A DNA stretch of 64,000 nucleotides from a virus (taxonomy: Duplodnaviria; Heunggongvirae; Uroviricota; Caudoviricetes), in the IMG/VR virus record IMGVR_UViG_2799112923_000001. One strand, written 5' to 3'. Position 1 is the stretch's first letter. Each line of letters begins with the position of its first letter. The notes beneath the pieces were generated by a model. It was not told the DNA's origin and did no database searches. It worked only from the letters and a program-made list of their open reading frames with translations. The translations under genes were made by a program, and so were the position numbers. This document shows positions 29,568 through 40,023 of this stretch, piece after piece.

Positions 29568-31763
29568 ATGTCAGTAGTAGAAGAATTAAGTGGTGATGGT
29601 TCAAGAATTGTAACTTCTTGGAAAAGAACCACAGTAGCTGATGGTGATTGGCTACAACATAACACAATCGGTCCATTAAATGAACGAGACGTCTTTCTTG
29701 CTGAAAAGATTGACGAATTGTCAGGTAATGCCGATGAGAAATTGAATGAAGAAATTGAAGCAAGAAAAAATGCCGATACTTTCTTATCAGGGACTATTGA
29801 CACATTCTCTGGTAATTACGAAACCTTTAAATCAAAAACAGAAGGAAATATAGATTATCTAAGTGGTTCTATTGATGGTCTTAAAGAAGATTTAGATACA
29901 GAAAAAGAAGATAGAAGTAGAGAAGATGGTTTACTTCAGGACCAAATTGATACCATAAAAGCAGCTAGTGATGTTATTATGGTTTATGGAACCTATAATA
30001 ATTTTGAAACCAACTCTGCTTCACTAACATTAACAGATAACGATGTAATTAAAGTACTTGAAGATGAACATTTAACTCCACCAGGACAACAGGTATATTA
30101 TCAATACAGTGAAAATACTGAAACCTGGACAAATATTGGTGAATTAAGTCCATACTATTCAAAAGCTGAAATTGATGATAAAGAAACTGCATTATCATCT
30201 ACAATAGCAAATAATTATCTTTCAGCAAGTACAGCCGCAGTTAGTGCAGGTAAAAACATTCTTGTTACAAAAGAATCTGGTCCTGTTATTGGTATTAAAA
30301 CACCAGATGAAGTATCATTCTCTAATTTAACTTCTACAAACATAATGGCTACTGCCATTGATACAACTACAATAAATGCGGAAACAGTTAATGCTACAAC
30401 TACTAAATCTACTAATTTTAGTGGTAACACATTATCTGGCGAAACATTATATACTTCCATTGATGGTTTGATTGAATCAGCCACTAATGGTGGTGCTATG
30501 ACTGGTGTTAAGAATGTATCTGGTATTAAATTAACCCATATAGCAAATCAAAGTGATTATGAACATAATCCTGACGATGGCGAATTTGGTTTTAGTACAA
30601 GTGCTGATCAATTAACATTCTATGTTTCCGGTGGTGCTGCTGAATGGTTAAAACCAAAAGTAGGTGGGAACCCTTATGGAATTTGTTTAACTGGTGAAAG
30701 TATTGAAAACTATCTTGGAGGTAAATCATTAAATGTAACAGCAGACTATGCTTATACGGCTGCTACTACATTAGATACATTTACAGCGAAAACACCAAAC
30801 AATGAATATGTTGGTGAAATCAATCAATTATATTTGAGTGCTGGTAAAGGTATTGATTTCGTATCTGGTAATGATGGAAAATTAACAATTTCTTCCGAAG
30901 GAACTACATATACTACTGGTCAATATATTAACATTTCAAATGATAACAAGATTAGTGTAACTGGTACATTGATTAACTCAGCACAATCAGGTCAATCCGC
31001 ATATAATTGGATTACAGCTCAAAGTGCTACATTATCTGCTGGTCCAGGTATTAAATTCACTTCTGCAGGTCAAAATACAATGGGTATAACCATTACTGCA
31101 GGCGGTGTTGGTGGTGTAATCACTGCTATTGCTGGTTCCGCATTGTCTGCTGGTGCTAATTACACACAAGGTAGATGTATCACTATTGATGACCAAAACA
31201 CAATAAATTTGAGTAGTGATATTAATTTAGATAAACAATTAGTAATAAACCATTATACTGAATCTGACCCAGAAACTTATACTTCTGCTTATTTAGGTGC
31301 TTCTAAATTAGATTTTAGTGGTTCAAGAGATAGTGGTGGCGATTATAGAAATCAATCTGCTACATACCGTATAGATTATTTAAAGATTGATAACTATTAT
31401 AATGCCGATGATTTACATTTTGCTTATTTAGATGAAAGTATATTACAATTATCAGCTTCTACTAAAATGGCTGGTTATACTGTTAGAACTTGTACTAATA
31501 TAGCAAATGATTATTTTGAAATGGAATGGGCAGGTAGTCCTAGTGTATATTATTTGAAATTTAATGGTAAAACAATATCAGCTGGTAGTAATTCAAGTAA
31601 TGTAACAACAGCTTATTGGTCTAATGTTATTGATGCTGCTACAGGAACATGGGTAAGTGGTACATCAAACCGAATTACTATTGAAGCCCCTTCTCAAACT
31701 AAATTAGTATTTACAGCATCATTACCACCTACTCTTGATGATAATACTTATTACATAGTATAA
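29568..31763 (+). CDS. Tail-fibre-like protein
   Basis: SWKRTTVADGDW...PLNERDVFLA N-terminus, coiled coil, SAGKGI/AGPGI repeats. Confidence 0.7.
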   Translation: MSVVEELSGDGSRIVTSWKRTTVADGDWLQHNTIGPLNERDVFLAEKIDELSGNADEKLNEEIEARKNADTFLSGTIDTFSGNYETFKSKTEGNIDYLSGSIDGLKEDLDTEKEDRSREDGLLQDQIDTIKAASDVIMVYGTYNNFETNSASLTLTDNDVIKVLEDEHLTPPGQQVYYQYSENTETWTNIGELSPYYSKAEIDDKETALSSTIANNYLSASTAAVSAGKNILVTKESGPVIGIKTPDEVSFSNLTSTNIMATAIDTTTINAETVNATTTKSTNFSGNTLSGETLYTSIDGLIESATNGGAMTGVKNVSGIKLTHIANQSDYEHNPDDGEFGFSTSADQLTFYVSGGAAEWLKPKVGGNPYGICLTGESIENYLGGKSLNVTADYAYTAATTLDTFTAKTPNNEYVGEINQLYLSAGKGIDFVSGNDGKLTISSEGTTYTTGQYINISNDNKISVTGTLINSAQSGQSAYNWITAQSATLSAGPGIKFTSAGQNTMGITITAGGVGGVITAIAGSALSAGANYTQGRCITIDDQNTINLSSDINLDKQLVINHYTESDPETYTSAYLGASKLDFSGSRDSGGDYRNQSATYRIDYLKIDNYYNADDLHFAYLDESILQLSASTKMAGYTVRTCTNIANDYFEMEWAGSPSVYYLKFNGKTISAGSNSSNVTTAYWSNVIDAATGTWVSGTSNRITIEAPSQTKLVFTASLPPTLDDNTYYIV

Positions 31764-31770
31764 GGTTTTT

Positions 31771-33249
31771 ATGGCATTTTATAAAACACATATAGAAAAA
31801 GCAACATCTACTAACACGCATGAACCAGCAGTAATAATTTCAAAGACTGATGTATTAAGTAATTTGAGTTATTTACCTTCAACTAACGAACAACAACAAA
31901 ACCCTTATGCTTTAAATGAAATACAAACTAATACAAATAGAGATTCAGGAGTTATTTTCCCATTTCGTGTAGAAGTAGATGGTAAAACATATTCGTATGG
32001 TACTAAAAATACTTGCTGGTCACCTAACGGGTTTGGTTATTCAAATTCTACAAAATGGGTGAATAAAAAAGAAGTAATGAATGAATTTAACACTGACCAT
32101 TTTTGGCAAGAAGTTTATCCAGGTTTCTATAATTGGAAAACAAAAGTTTGGGAAAACGATGAAGGCACTGCTGGTGGTGCCAGTATTAACGCAGATGTAA
32201 ATATACCAATTTGGCCTGTATTAAAAGATGACGATAGTGGTTCATACTCTGCTGCAAAAGAAATTTCTACAACTAATGTATTTGGTGTTAAATCAAATGA
32301 AGATACTGGTGGCTATGGCACAGAAGCTGTTGTAACCCGTTATACAACAACCGGTAATGTTCATGTTGGTTTCGGTGCTATTATCTCTGGTGATGGTCTT
32401 GATGATTATGTAACAAAAATGACTACACCATATTCTACAAATCACATTCCAAGAGTTTGTAGATTATTTACTATTAGAATTAAAGGTGGTTGGGAAAATG
32501 AATCTTGTTATGCTTCATTCAATTCTACCAACTGTATTTTAAAACATTATTCATTTGATAAATCTATTACTGCTGCTGATATAGATTATAAGAAATTAAG
32601 AAATAATGTGTATTATATTCATGATGCAAAAATAACAACTTTGAAATTTGAAAACAGACATGGTATGTTCTATATTACAAGAAAAGCACCTTATAGTAAT
32701 ACTCTAATGTATTATTATGGAAGTAAATATCCTGATGGATCTGGCGCAGGTTGGGTATCTGATTTGAGTGAAGCAACTACTTGGGCTACATATAATGGTG
32801 CTGATGAAGTTTATCAAGCAAATGTAATGCCTGGTAGATTACCACGATACGATTATCAAATTGCTGGTGGTTATACAATTCACATGGGGCAACCTGTATT
32901 CTACAATAGAATTACTGAATGTTCATTTATGCCACAAAATAGTAATTTCTATTTTTTAACTGCAGCTTCAAGTGATAATGTAACAAGGTATTATACTGGA
33001 AACCCAACTACATATACAAATAGTTGGAGAACATCATATAGTTTGGAAGAATGTACTGTATTTAATAGTAATGCTGAATGTAATACTTTCAATGATAATT
33101 TACCAACTGAAATAAAGAATATATCGCACGGTTTCCCTTCTAATGGAACATATTTATCTGCTGGTTATAATTATAGTGATGGTAGAGGTAAAATGTTCTC
33201 TAACATGCCTGCCGTTAGAACATTAGCATTGAACTATTATTTTGATTGA
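31771..33249 (+). CDS. Putative receptor-binding/tail-associated protein
   Basis: 492 aa, Tyr/Asn/Thr-rich, follows a fibre gene. Confidence 0.5.
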   Translation: MAFYKTHIEKATSTNTHEPAVIISKTDVLSNLSYLPSTNEQQQNPYALNEIQTNTNRDSGVIFPFRVEVDGKTYSYGTKNTCWSPNGFGYSNSTKWVNKKEVMNEFNTDHFWQEVYPGFYNWKTKVWENDEGTAGGASINADVNIPIWPVLKDDDSGSYSAAKEISTTNVFGVKSNEDTGGYGTEAVVTRYTTTGNVHVGFGAIISGDGLDDYVTKMTTPYSTNHIPRVCRLFTIRIKGGWENESCYASFNSTNCILKHYSFDKSITAADIDYKKLRNNVYYIHDAKITTLKFENRHGMFYITRKAPYSNTLMYYYGSKYPDGSGAGWVSDLSEATTWATYNGADEVYQANVMPGRLPRYDYQIAGGYTIHMGQPVFYNRITECSFMPQNSNFYFLTAASSDNVTRYYTGNPTTYTNSWRTSYSLEECTVFNSNAECNTFNDNLPTEIKNISHGFPSNGTYLSAGYNYSDGRGKMFSNMPAVRTLALNYYFD

Positions 33250-34103
33250 TTAATTTTTTCTTCAATAAGAGTTAGTTTTTCGTGTGTTTTAACATTTATA
33301 TTAAAATACGATTCTAACTCTTCTTTGAACACACTATACACTTCCATAGAATCTGCTCTAGGGTTGTTTCGTAATTTGCGTTCAATAAACTCTTCAGTAC
33401 TTTTGGTAATGAAATGTTTTAAATGCCCACCAGTCCAACAAACATTTTGAATCGGACTATCACCATTTTCAATTCCACCATTTACATTCTTACATTTACA
33501 TCCACCTTCAAAAATAACTGTATGTGGTGTACAAAATCTAAATGATTTATCTGTAACTTTTATTAAGGATTTTACATGCATATTGTAATAAAATCCTTTA
33601 CCCATAGTGTAAGTATTGTATGTAACATCTAGTGGTGCTGGACGAGTAAATCGTTCCATAACAGGTCTTGGTTCGTAATAAACTTTATCATTATCACCAT
33701 ACAATTTCCAGTTCACATGAATTAAATCTGTATCTTTGAATTTATCTTGATTAAGAAATTCTTTTACAGTCAATCCATCAAAATCAAAGTATTCGTCTAA
33801 ATCAATGAAGGCTAACCATTTAATCTCTTTATGGTTTTCTTTGATATAATTGAATGTGCTATGGTAAGCACCAACTTGCCAACCAAGTTCTTCTAATTTA
33901 TCTCTACCACGGGCATTAACAGGATATATTTGACGATTATTTCGTTGTAAACTTGTTATGACTTTCATTTGATTTTCGTTATCTAAATCATTATTATCAA
34001 TAACGAAAATTTTATCAAATCCTAAATTAAAATGATACAATGCCCAATCGGCTATATATTTTTCTTCGTTTTTAGCAATCGCAACTATTCCAACTTCTTC
34101 CAT
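33237..34103 (-). CDS. Glycosyltransferase (GT-A fold, family 2/92-like)
   Basis: IVAIAKNE..YI..W..YH...GFD...IDNND and WLAFIDLDEY; paralog at 62538. Confidence 0.85.
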   Translation of the reverse strand: MEEVGIVAIAKNEEKYIADWALYHFNLGFDKIFVIDNNDLDNENQMKVITSLQRNNRQIYPVNARGRDKLEELGWQVGAYHSTFNYIKENHKEIKWLAFIDLDEYFDFDGLTVKEFLNQDKFKDTDLIHVNWKLYGDNDKVYYEPRPVMERFTRPAPLDVTYNTYTMGKGFYYNMHVKSLIKVTDKSFRFCTPHTVIFEGGCKCKNVNGGIENGDSPIQNVCWTGGHLKHFITKSTEEFIERKLRNNPRADSMEVYSVFKEELESYFNINVKTHEKLTLIEEKINQSK

Positions 34104-34939
34104 ATTAACTTCCCACTACAAGGACTAAAGGTTAATTCACCAAATTTTGGTTCACCATTTACAGAGTACATATCTACTCTAACAAATTTGAAATCCGAAG
34201 CCAATTTCTTAACGATTGGTTTCATTTTTTCTAATATATTTAGTTCACTTGGAATCAAATAGAAACGCATGGGTTTTACACCAATATATCCATCTGGTTC
34301 TTTCCCATTTTCGTCTGTGAAGGTCATAAACTCAGCTAAATTCTTTCCAAGTTTGCGTGAAGTTTGAACATATTTGATTTCACCATTCTCGCACCAAAAA
34401 CTCCAGTCTTTCAATACACCTATATTTGGTTGAACGATTACACCTTTGATAATTTTATCATATTGCCATTCCCAACCACTCATATAGGCATAGTTCAAGT
34501 TATACCATTCTTTTAGTTTACTCAAAAGATATTCAGGATTGTTTCCTGGTTTCTTTTCGTATTTGATATTCCAACCGGAACCGTGATTACACTTGAATAT
34601 GTAATTACCATCTGGTAAACTATCCAATTCGTGTCTGGTTAAATAGCATCTACTGTAATAAACTGGTGGAATGATAATGTCTTTCAAGCCGGCATCTTCC
34701 AACATATAATTCACAGTAATCTTGTCTGACCAAAGAGGTTTGCGTGGGTCAAGGTCATATAACTTACACCAGTTAATTCTATCCACGATGTTTTGTGGAT
34801 TATCCAAATTAACTGTGGGTAATTTTTCTTTAATCCATTCTATACCAAACTTGACTTTATCGTCAGCAAATCTACAGTTGTTGTATTCTGTATTATGTAA
34901 ACCTTGTAACCATTCTGCTTTGTATTCTTCTTCGGTCAT
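34085..34939 (-). CDS. TupA-like ATP-grasp protein
   Basis: DK..V, KCNHGSGWN, FVRVDMY...KFGELTFSP.SG. Confidence 0.85.
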   Translation of the reverse strand: MTEEEYKAEWLQGLHNTEYNNCRFADDKVKFGIEWIKEKLPTVNLDNPQNIVDRINWCKLYDLDPRKPLWSDKITVNYMLEDAGLKDIIIPPVYYSRCYLTRHELDSLPDGNYIFKCNHGSGWNIKYEKKPGNNPEYLLSKLKEWYNLNYAYMSGWEWQYDKIIKGVIVQPNIGVLKDWSFWCENGEIKYVQTSRKLGKNLAEFMTFTDENGKEPDGYIGVKPMRFYLIPSELNILEKMKPIVKKLASDFKFVRVDMYSVNGEPKFGELTFSPCSGKLIWKKLE

Positions 34940-35265
34940 ACGAAATCCTGTTTTATTGCTTCTAACATATTATCTTTCTTATATGTCTTATATAGTTCGT
35001 TTGGAATCGTTACATAAGTAATACCATCTTCCATCTTGATAAACTTAATATCTAACCATTTTCCAATTATTTTAAATCGATGTTTTTGTTCCGCATCCAT
35101 AAAAGCAGTAGAGAATGGAACATAATAATAGTTATCTTTAAATTCTACTACCCAATCACCACAAGAAATTGTTTCACAAATATATGGGATAAAACATTGG
35201 GCTTCTTTTATAACCAATCCATCACAATCTTTAAGTGGTTCAAGTATTTTATCTAAAATCTTCAT
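34936..35265 (-). CDS. Hypothetical protein, xxDF family
   Basis: Ends IKQDFV. Confidence 0.7.
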   Translation of the reverse strand: MKILDKILEPLKDCDGLVIKEAQCFIPYICETISCGDWVVEFKDNYYYVPFSTAFMDAEQKHRFKIIGKWLDIKFIKMEDGITYVTIPNELYKTYKKDNMLEAIKQDFV

Positions 35266-35554
35266 TGATACCTCTAATCTTTTCTTTAACTTTTCGTTCT
35301 TTTACAATCTTAATAAAATTAAGTAAACTTTGTTCCCAGGATTCTACTGATACTTTTGTGATAAATTCGTCCTGTGTTTTCCAATAATGACTATGAATGA
35401 ACTGACGAGTTTTCTTTAATTTAATTGAGCCATATCTATGCTTTCCATAGAAGAAATCAAATTCTCTCGCTTCTATAGGTGCATCATAAGTACCATTTTG
35501 AAATACATCATAATGTAATTCTTTTGCTTTGTCAGTTGCTTCTTTAATAGTCAT
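35249..35554 (-). CDS. Hypothetical protein, xxDF family
   Basis: Ends INEDFR. Confidence 0.7.
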   Translation of the reverse strand: MTIKEATDKAKELHYDVFQNGTYDAPIEAREFDFFYGKHRYGSIKLKKTRQFIHSHYWKTQDEFITKVSVESWEQSLLNFIKIVKERKVKEKIRGINEDFR

Positions 35555-35844
35555 TGAAAATCCTTTTGAATATCAGTAAGTATTTTGTTCATTTGTTGTT
35601 TCTTAATTTTGATTAACATTTCATTGATTAGTTTATTGTAAGTATATTCAGTGAAATTATTAGCCTGTGATTTAGATACCAAAATTTCATAAGATTTTAA
35701 ATCACTAGAACCCCACGATTCCATAATGTCAATACTATCGGCGTAATATCTAATCCTAAAGGTTAGTAATGGTGTATTGTAAGAAGTACAATTTTTAAAC
35801 GATTCAATATATCGTTTCATTTGTTCGTAAGATGCGATTGTCAT
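35551..35844 (-). CDS. Hypothetical protein, xxDF family
   Basis: Ends IQKDFQ. Confidence 0.7.
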   Translation of the reverse strand: MTIASYEQMKRYIESFKNCTSYNTPLLTFRIRYYADSIDIMESWGSSDLKSYEILVSKSQANNFTEYTYNKLINEMLIKIKKQQMNKILTDIQKDFQ

Positions 35845-36227
35845 ACAAAATCTTCTTCAATCTTTTTAAGTTCTTCTTTATTTTCCAGTTCTTTATTTTT
35901 ACGATTATGTTCAGCTATGAATTTGTAAGTATCATTAAAGAATTTGTCTAATGAATCCATAGATAAGTTAATTTCGTCTTTTGTTGTAACTGCGGTACAT
36001 GGATTATAACATAAATAGTAACTTCTTTTATATTCTTTCCTTGAGCTGTATCTGTAATATGTGAACTGAATATACACATCTGACGAATACCACAAATCAA
36101 ATATCTTGTGGTTATCTTTTATGAACACCTGTAAATGTTTGCCTTCTTCATTGTAATCATAGAAAAACTCACAATGGGTGGAACAAAACTTCTTTACATG
36201 TTCTATAATTTCTTTAAATTTTTCCAT
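35841..36227 (-). CDS. Hypothetical protein, xxDF family
   Basis: Ends IEEDFV; ATG 6 nt after TATATT. Confidence 0.7.
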   Translation of the reverse strand: MEKFKEIIEHVKKFCSTHCEFFYDYNEEGKHLQVFIKDNHKIFDLWYSSDVYIQFTYYRYSSRKEYKRSYYLCYNPCTAVTTKDEINLSMDSLDKFFNDTYKFIAEHNRKNKELENKEELKKIEEDFV

Positions 36228-36296
36228 AATACCAATATAATAAAAACCCAGCATTTAACAATGCTAGGTTCTTAAAATAAGTTTCAAAAAGAACTG

Positions 36297-36815
36297 TTAA
36301 AATTCTTCTTTGAACATATAGAGCATAAAGACGCCAGGAATTTCATCTGGGACCTGTTCAATGTTTGACCAAGTCCAAATCTTAACTTCTCTTGGCTGGT
36401 TCAAATAATTTCGGTTGAAATCACTAGCACCATTTACCAATTTCAAAGTATCTACGAAATCTTCCTGGAGTTTCTTAACATCGTTCTGATATTCTACAAT
36501 CTGTTCTGTAATAGTTGGGCGCTTGTTAGCATCCAAAATCAATTCACCCTGCTCGTCACGGTCGGCATATTTCATAACCAATTCGTCAACCTTCTGCTTG
36601 TATTCAGCAAACTTTGGGTCAGCATCTGGGTTATACAAACCTGCCATAATTTCGTTGTAATCTTTTTCAAGGGTCTTAATAGTCTTGATAGCAGCATAGG
36701 TCAATTCTCCATTGATACCATTACCACTAATATACTTGTTAAGCATTTCAAAATACTGCTTAACTTCTAGTTGACTCATTTGAACTTTCTTTTCTACTAT
36801 TGATGATTTAATCAT
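36297..36815 (-). CDS. Hypothetical helical protein
   Basis: 172 aa, codon usage like highly expressed genes, KYADRDEQGELI motif. Confidence 0.7.
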   Translation of the reverse strand: MIKSSIVEKKVQMSQLEVKQYFEMLNKYISGNGINGELTYAAIKTIKTLEKDYNEIMAGLYNPDADPKFAEYKQKVDELVMKYADRDEQGELILDANKRPTITEQIVEYQNDVKKLQEDFVDTLKLVNGASDFNRNYLNQPREVKIWTWSNIEQVPDEIPGVFMLYMFKEEF

Positions 36816-36819
36816 TGTT

Positions 36820-37713
36820 CTATCCTTTGTTTGTATATGTTATATCCAAAATTCCACTACAAGGTGTAAATGTTGCCTCGCCAAAATATACTTTACCATT
36901 CATATAGTACATATCGCAACGAACAAATTTAAATGGTTTTATAATCTGTTCTACATAAGGTTTCATTTGTTGTAGAATCTCGGTCTGTTTACTATTTAGA
37001 ATCGTTTGGTCTGGTTCGCCACCAATGAACCAATCACTTTCTTTTCCATCAGGATTTACAAATGCGATATATTCTTCCAAATTCTTACCACATTTCTTTG
37101 TCAATCCTATTCCCTCTATCTTACCATTCTCACACCAAAAACTCCAATCAAGAGGTCTGTAAACTTCTACTGGTTGTACTAACCAACCTGGCTTAATCCA
37201 TTTGTATTGAATTTCATAACCAGATAAGTAAGCATAGTTTGTGTCTAACCAACCATTCATACAATCCATAACCATTTGATGTCTTGTTTGTCCTGGTGTA
37301 TAAATGATATTCCAACCACTGCCATGATTACATTTGATTATGTATTTCCATTCTTTTGGTCTTTTATCCAATTCAAATAAAATTTGTTCATTGAAAGACT
37401 TACTATATTCCATTTTCTCATAAGGCAAACATATATTGCGTAAACCCATTCCTTTCAACAAATCATAAACGGCAATTTTATCAGACCATTTACTCTTTAA
37501 TTGAATATATGGAATATCAGGGTGTTCAATATCTTCAAGTTTCCAATGGCAAATTCTATCTACAATGTTTCGTGGATTATCAGGTTGTAAGTCCATTTTA
37601 GACCATCCCAACCACTTACGAGCATACGCAGATTTATCTTCTGTAAATCTACATTCATTATAATCGCCCGTAATCTCGCCACGAAGCCATTTTTCTTTTT
37701 GAACATTTATCAT
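36820..37713 (-). CDS. TupA-like ATP-grasp protein (second paralog)
   Basis: KCNHGSGWN, FVRCDMY...YFGEATFTPCSG. Confidence 0.85.
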   Translation of the reverse strand: MINVQKEKWLRGEITGDYNECRFTEDKSAYARKWLGWSKMDLQPDNPRNIVDRICHWKLEDIEHPDIPYIQLKSKWSDKIAVYDLLKGMGLRNICLPYEKMEYSKSFNEQILFELDKRPKEWKYIIKCNHGSGWNIIYTPGQTRHQMVMDCMNGWLDTNYAYLSGYEIQYKWIKPGWLVQPVEVYRPLDWSFWCENGKIEGIGLTKKCGKNLEEYIAFVNPDGKESDWFIGGEPDQTILNSKQTEILQQMKPYVEQIIKPFKFVRCDMYYMNGKVYFGEATFTPCSGILDITYTNKG

Positions 37714-38609
37714 AATTCTAACAACTTGAATGTTTCTAACATTGTAAAGTCAGTAGTGTTATAACTACCAAAATACTTGTTGGCTCTAACATCTGTCGCA
37801 TACCACTGGTGGTCTACTGCCGCACTACCTCTATTTATTTTCTTTTCCCAATCCAATTCGGATTTAATATGATAGTGATACAATCTTAAACAAGCATTGT
37901 AATCTACATCACCATAAGTAGATTTACTAATACCAACACCATTAACCAAACTCATACGAGTTGCAGTATCTTTGTTGTTCTTTTTCAAATCCCAAATGAC
38001 TGGAACATGACCATATTCTTCACCAGTCTTAATGGTGAAATCGTAATAGAATTTGGGGTCATACTTTATAATGGCTTTACCCTGTGTACTAGCATCATTT
38101 CTGCGATAGAAATGTGTGCGAACATAAGGTTCTACCCTATCACCAAGCCACAAATCGTGTGTACTCATTAAGGTTTGTGGCACGAGAACACAACCAGGTA
38201 AGTCCATATCTGTTTGACGCTTCATTTGGTTGTTTACGAAATCTTCCATTGATTCATAAACTTTATCTTTAAACTCTGGTCTATATTGTTCTACCAATTT
38301 CCAGTAGTCCAAGTAATACCATAAGTATTCGTCATCGTCAATGAAAGCAACCAAATCACCTTCTTCAAAATCATAACGATTTTGATTTAGAATGTCGCTA
38401 AACAACTGCCATTGATTCGGCCACCCTGACAACTTTTCGTATGTGTGGTTTGTGCCTTCAATCAAGTATGGCATTACACCATTCATTACTTCTTTATCGG
38501 AATCGTTATCTATCAAGTGAATACGATAACCAAGTTTATCGTGATACTTGAACCATACAGCTAAATCATCATAGTTGTAGCATTTTGTCAAACATACAAT
38601 GTGTTTCAT
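37710..38609 (-). CDS. Glycosyltransferase-like protein (GT-A fold)
   Basis: W..YH..LG...LIDNDS, AFIDDDEY, LYHYHIKS. Confidence 0.7.
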   Translation of the reverse strand: MKHIVCLTKCYNYDDLAVWFKYHDKLGYRIHLIDNDSDKEVMNGVMPYLIEGTNHTYEKLSGWPNQWQLFSDILNQNRYDFEEGDLVAFIDDDEYLWYYLDYWKLVEQYRPEFKDKVYESMEDFVNNQMKRQTDMDLPGCVLVPQTLMSTHDLWLGDRVEPYVRTHFYRRNDASTQGKAIIKYDPKFYYDFTIKTGEEYGHVPVIWDLKKNNKDTATRMSLVNGVGISKSTYGDVDYNACLRLYHYHIKSELDWEKKINRGSAAVDHQWYATDVRANKYFGSYNTTDFTMLETFKLLEL

Positions 38610-38610
38610 A

Positions 38611-38946
38611 TTATATTTCCTTAGTTAAACTTTCTTCTAATCTTTGTATTAGTTTATTCCCTATTAATATAGAAAGAGCTTGCTTTTGTGGCAATCTATC
38701 CAACTTATATTTTGTTTCATTTAAGCTGCGTAAATAGAAAACCTCAAAATTTTCCACTTTAGCAGATTCAACTAATTCATTAAAATAAGTTTCCCATTCA
38801 TTATCAAGGTCCCAATGTTCGCAAATATAATCAAGAACATCAGACCAACGATAGCCTGAATGTTCTTTTAACCAATCCAAAGCACCATCAATAACTTCGG
38901 ATTTATATTTGTCTAACTCAGTCATCTGTACCTTTGAACTGGTCAT
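38611..38946 (-). CDS. Hypothetical protein
   Basis: ORF coupled to gp47; start may be slightly downstream. Confidence 0.65.
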   Translation of the reverse strand: MTSSKVQMTELDKYKSEVIDGALDWLKEHSGYRWSDVLDYICEHWDLDNEWETYFNELVESAKVENFEVFYLRSLNETKYKLDRLPQKQALSILIGNKLIQRLEESLTKEI

Positions 38947-39967
38947 ATAATTCTTCTAACGCCTTGTACAATTCTTCGTTTGTTACTTTGTTCAATTCCA
39001 ACTGGTCAATGTAGGTCTTTGCCATATTCATAATGTTAAATCGTTCAGTCTCAACATTCAAATCTACACCATCGTTTCCTATTGGTGGTTCGTCATTGAA
39101 TGTGTTTACAGGATAAGCAGGGAACAACGCATCCAATTCTTTAATCAAATCGTAAATTTGTTTGGTTTCGTTCTGCTTATCGTATGGGATATGAATGTCA
39201 ATAACATTTCCCTTGACCTTGGTTCTATCAATGTTTGGATAATTGAAAGAATAGAATTTCATAGACTGGATGTTGTTATGCCATTCGTATTCATCCGTAT
39301 CAGTATCTAATACAAGATAACCACGTTCACAATTTCGGTCAATACGAGTAATTTGGTAAGGAGAACCAACATAGGTCACAGTCTTTCCATCCAAATTCTC
39401 ACGATTACTTCTTGCGTGATAGTGGCCTGTAAATGTGTGGTCTATTTTCTTCATAACATCAGGCATAGTCAAACCATACTCTGATAATCTACCACCCATA
39501 TCAAAACCAATAATGTCTAAATGGGCGAAACAATAATCATAATGTTTCAAAACCATCTGGTCAAAATCTTCATAATTGATAATCCAGGGAAGCATTAAAG
39601 TAGATTTTCCACCCAAATTAATTTCTGTCATTTGTTCGTAAACAGTAACATTTGGTAGCAAATCCAAACATTTCAAACTGTTAACTTCGGTGGTTGTTGT
39701 GTGGAACATATCGTGGTTTCCTACGATAATGTGTACTGTGAAATCCTTGAATGTTCGCTTGAACAAATCAATGACTGCGTTCTCGGTTTGAACATTCACA
39801 GTTTGTCTAGTATCAAACACATCACCACAAACAACAATCGTGTCAATTCCCTGCTGCTTTAATTCAGGCACAAATTGGCACTGGAAAAATCGTAATTGTG
39901 AATCTAAAAAGGTTTGGTCAGATTTCTTTACACCAAAATGAAGGTCGGCAATAATCGCTATTTTCAT
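38918..39967 (-). CDS. Recombination endonuclease subunit (T4 gp47/Mre11/SbcD-like)
   Basis: ADLHFG, GDVFD, GNHD, LPWI, GHYH, VGSPY. Confidence 0.93.
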   Translation of the reverse strand: MKIAIIADLHFGVKKSDQTFLDSQLRFFQCQFVPELKQQGIDTIVVCGDVFDTRQTVNVQTENAVIDLFKRTFKDFTVHIIVGNHDMFHTTTTEVNSLKCLDLLPNVTVYEQMTEINLGGKSTLMLPWIINYEDFDQMVLKHYDYCFAHLDIIGFDMGGRLSEYGLTMPDVMKKIDHTFTGHYHARSNRENLDGKTVTYVGSPYQITRIDRNCERGYLVLDTDTDEYEWHNNIQSMKFYSFNYPNIDRTKVKGNVIDIHIPYDKQNETKQIYDLIKELDALFPAYPVNTFNDEPPIGNDGVDLNVETERFNIMNMAKTYIDQLELNKVTNEELYKALEELYDQFKGTDD

Positions 39968-40023
39968 ATATCCAAATATAATAAATTTATTAACATTATA
40001 TAGAATAAATTAAAATTGAGAAC

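Noticed and set aside
19101-33249. Diversity-generating retroelement or invertible tail-fibre cassette
   Set aside because: No reverse transcriptase, TR/VR pair, invertase or inverted recombination sites seen in this window
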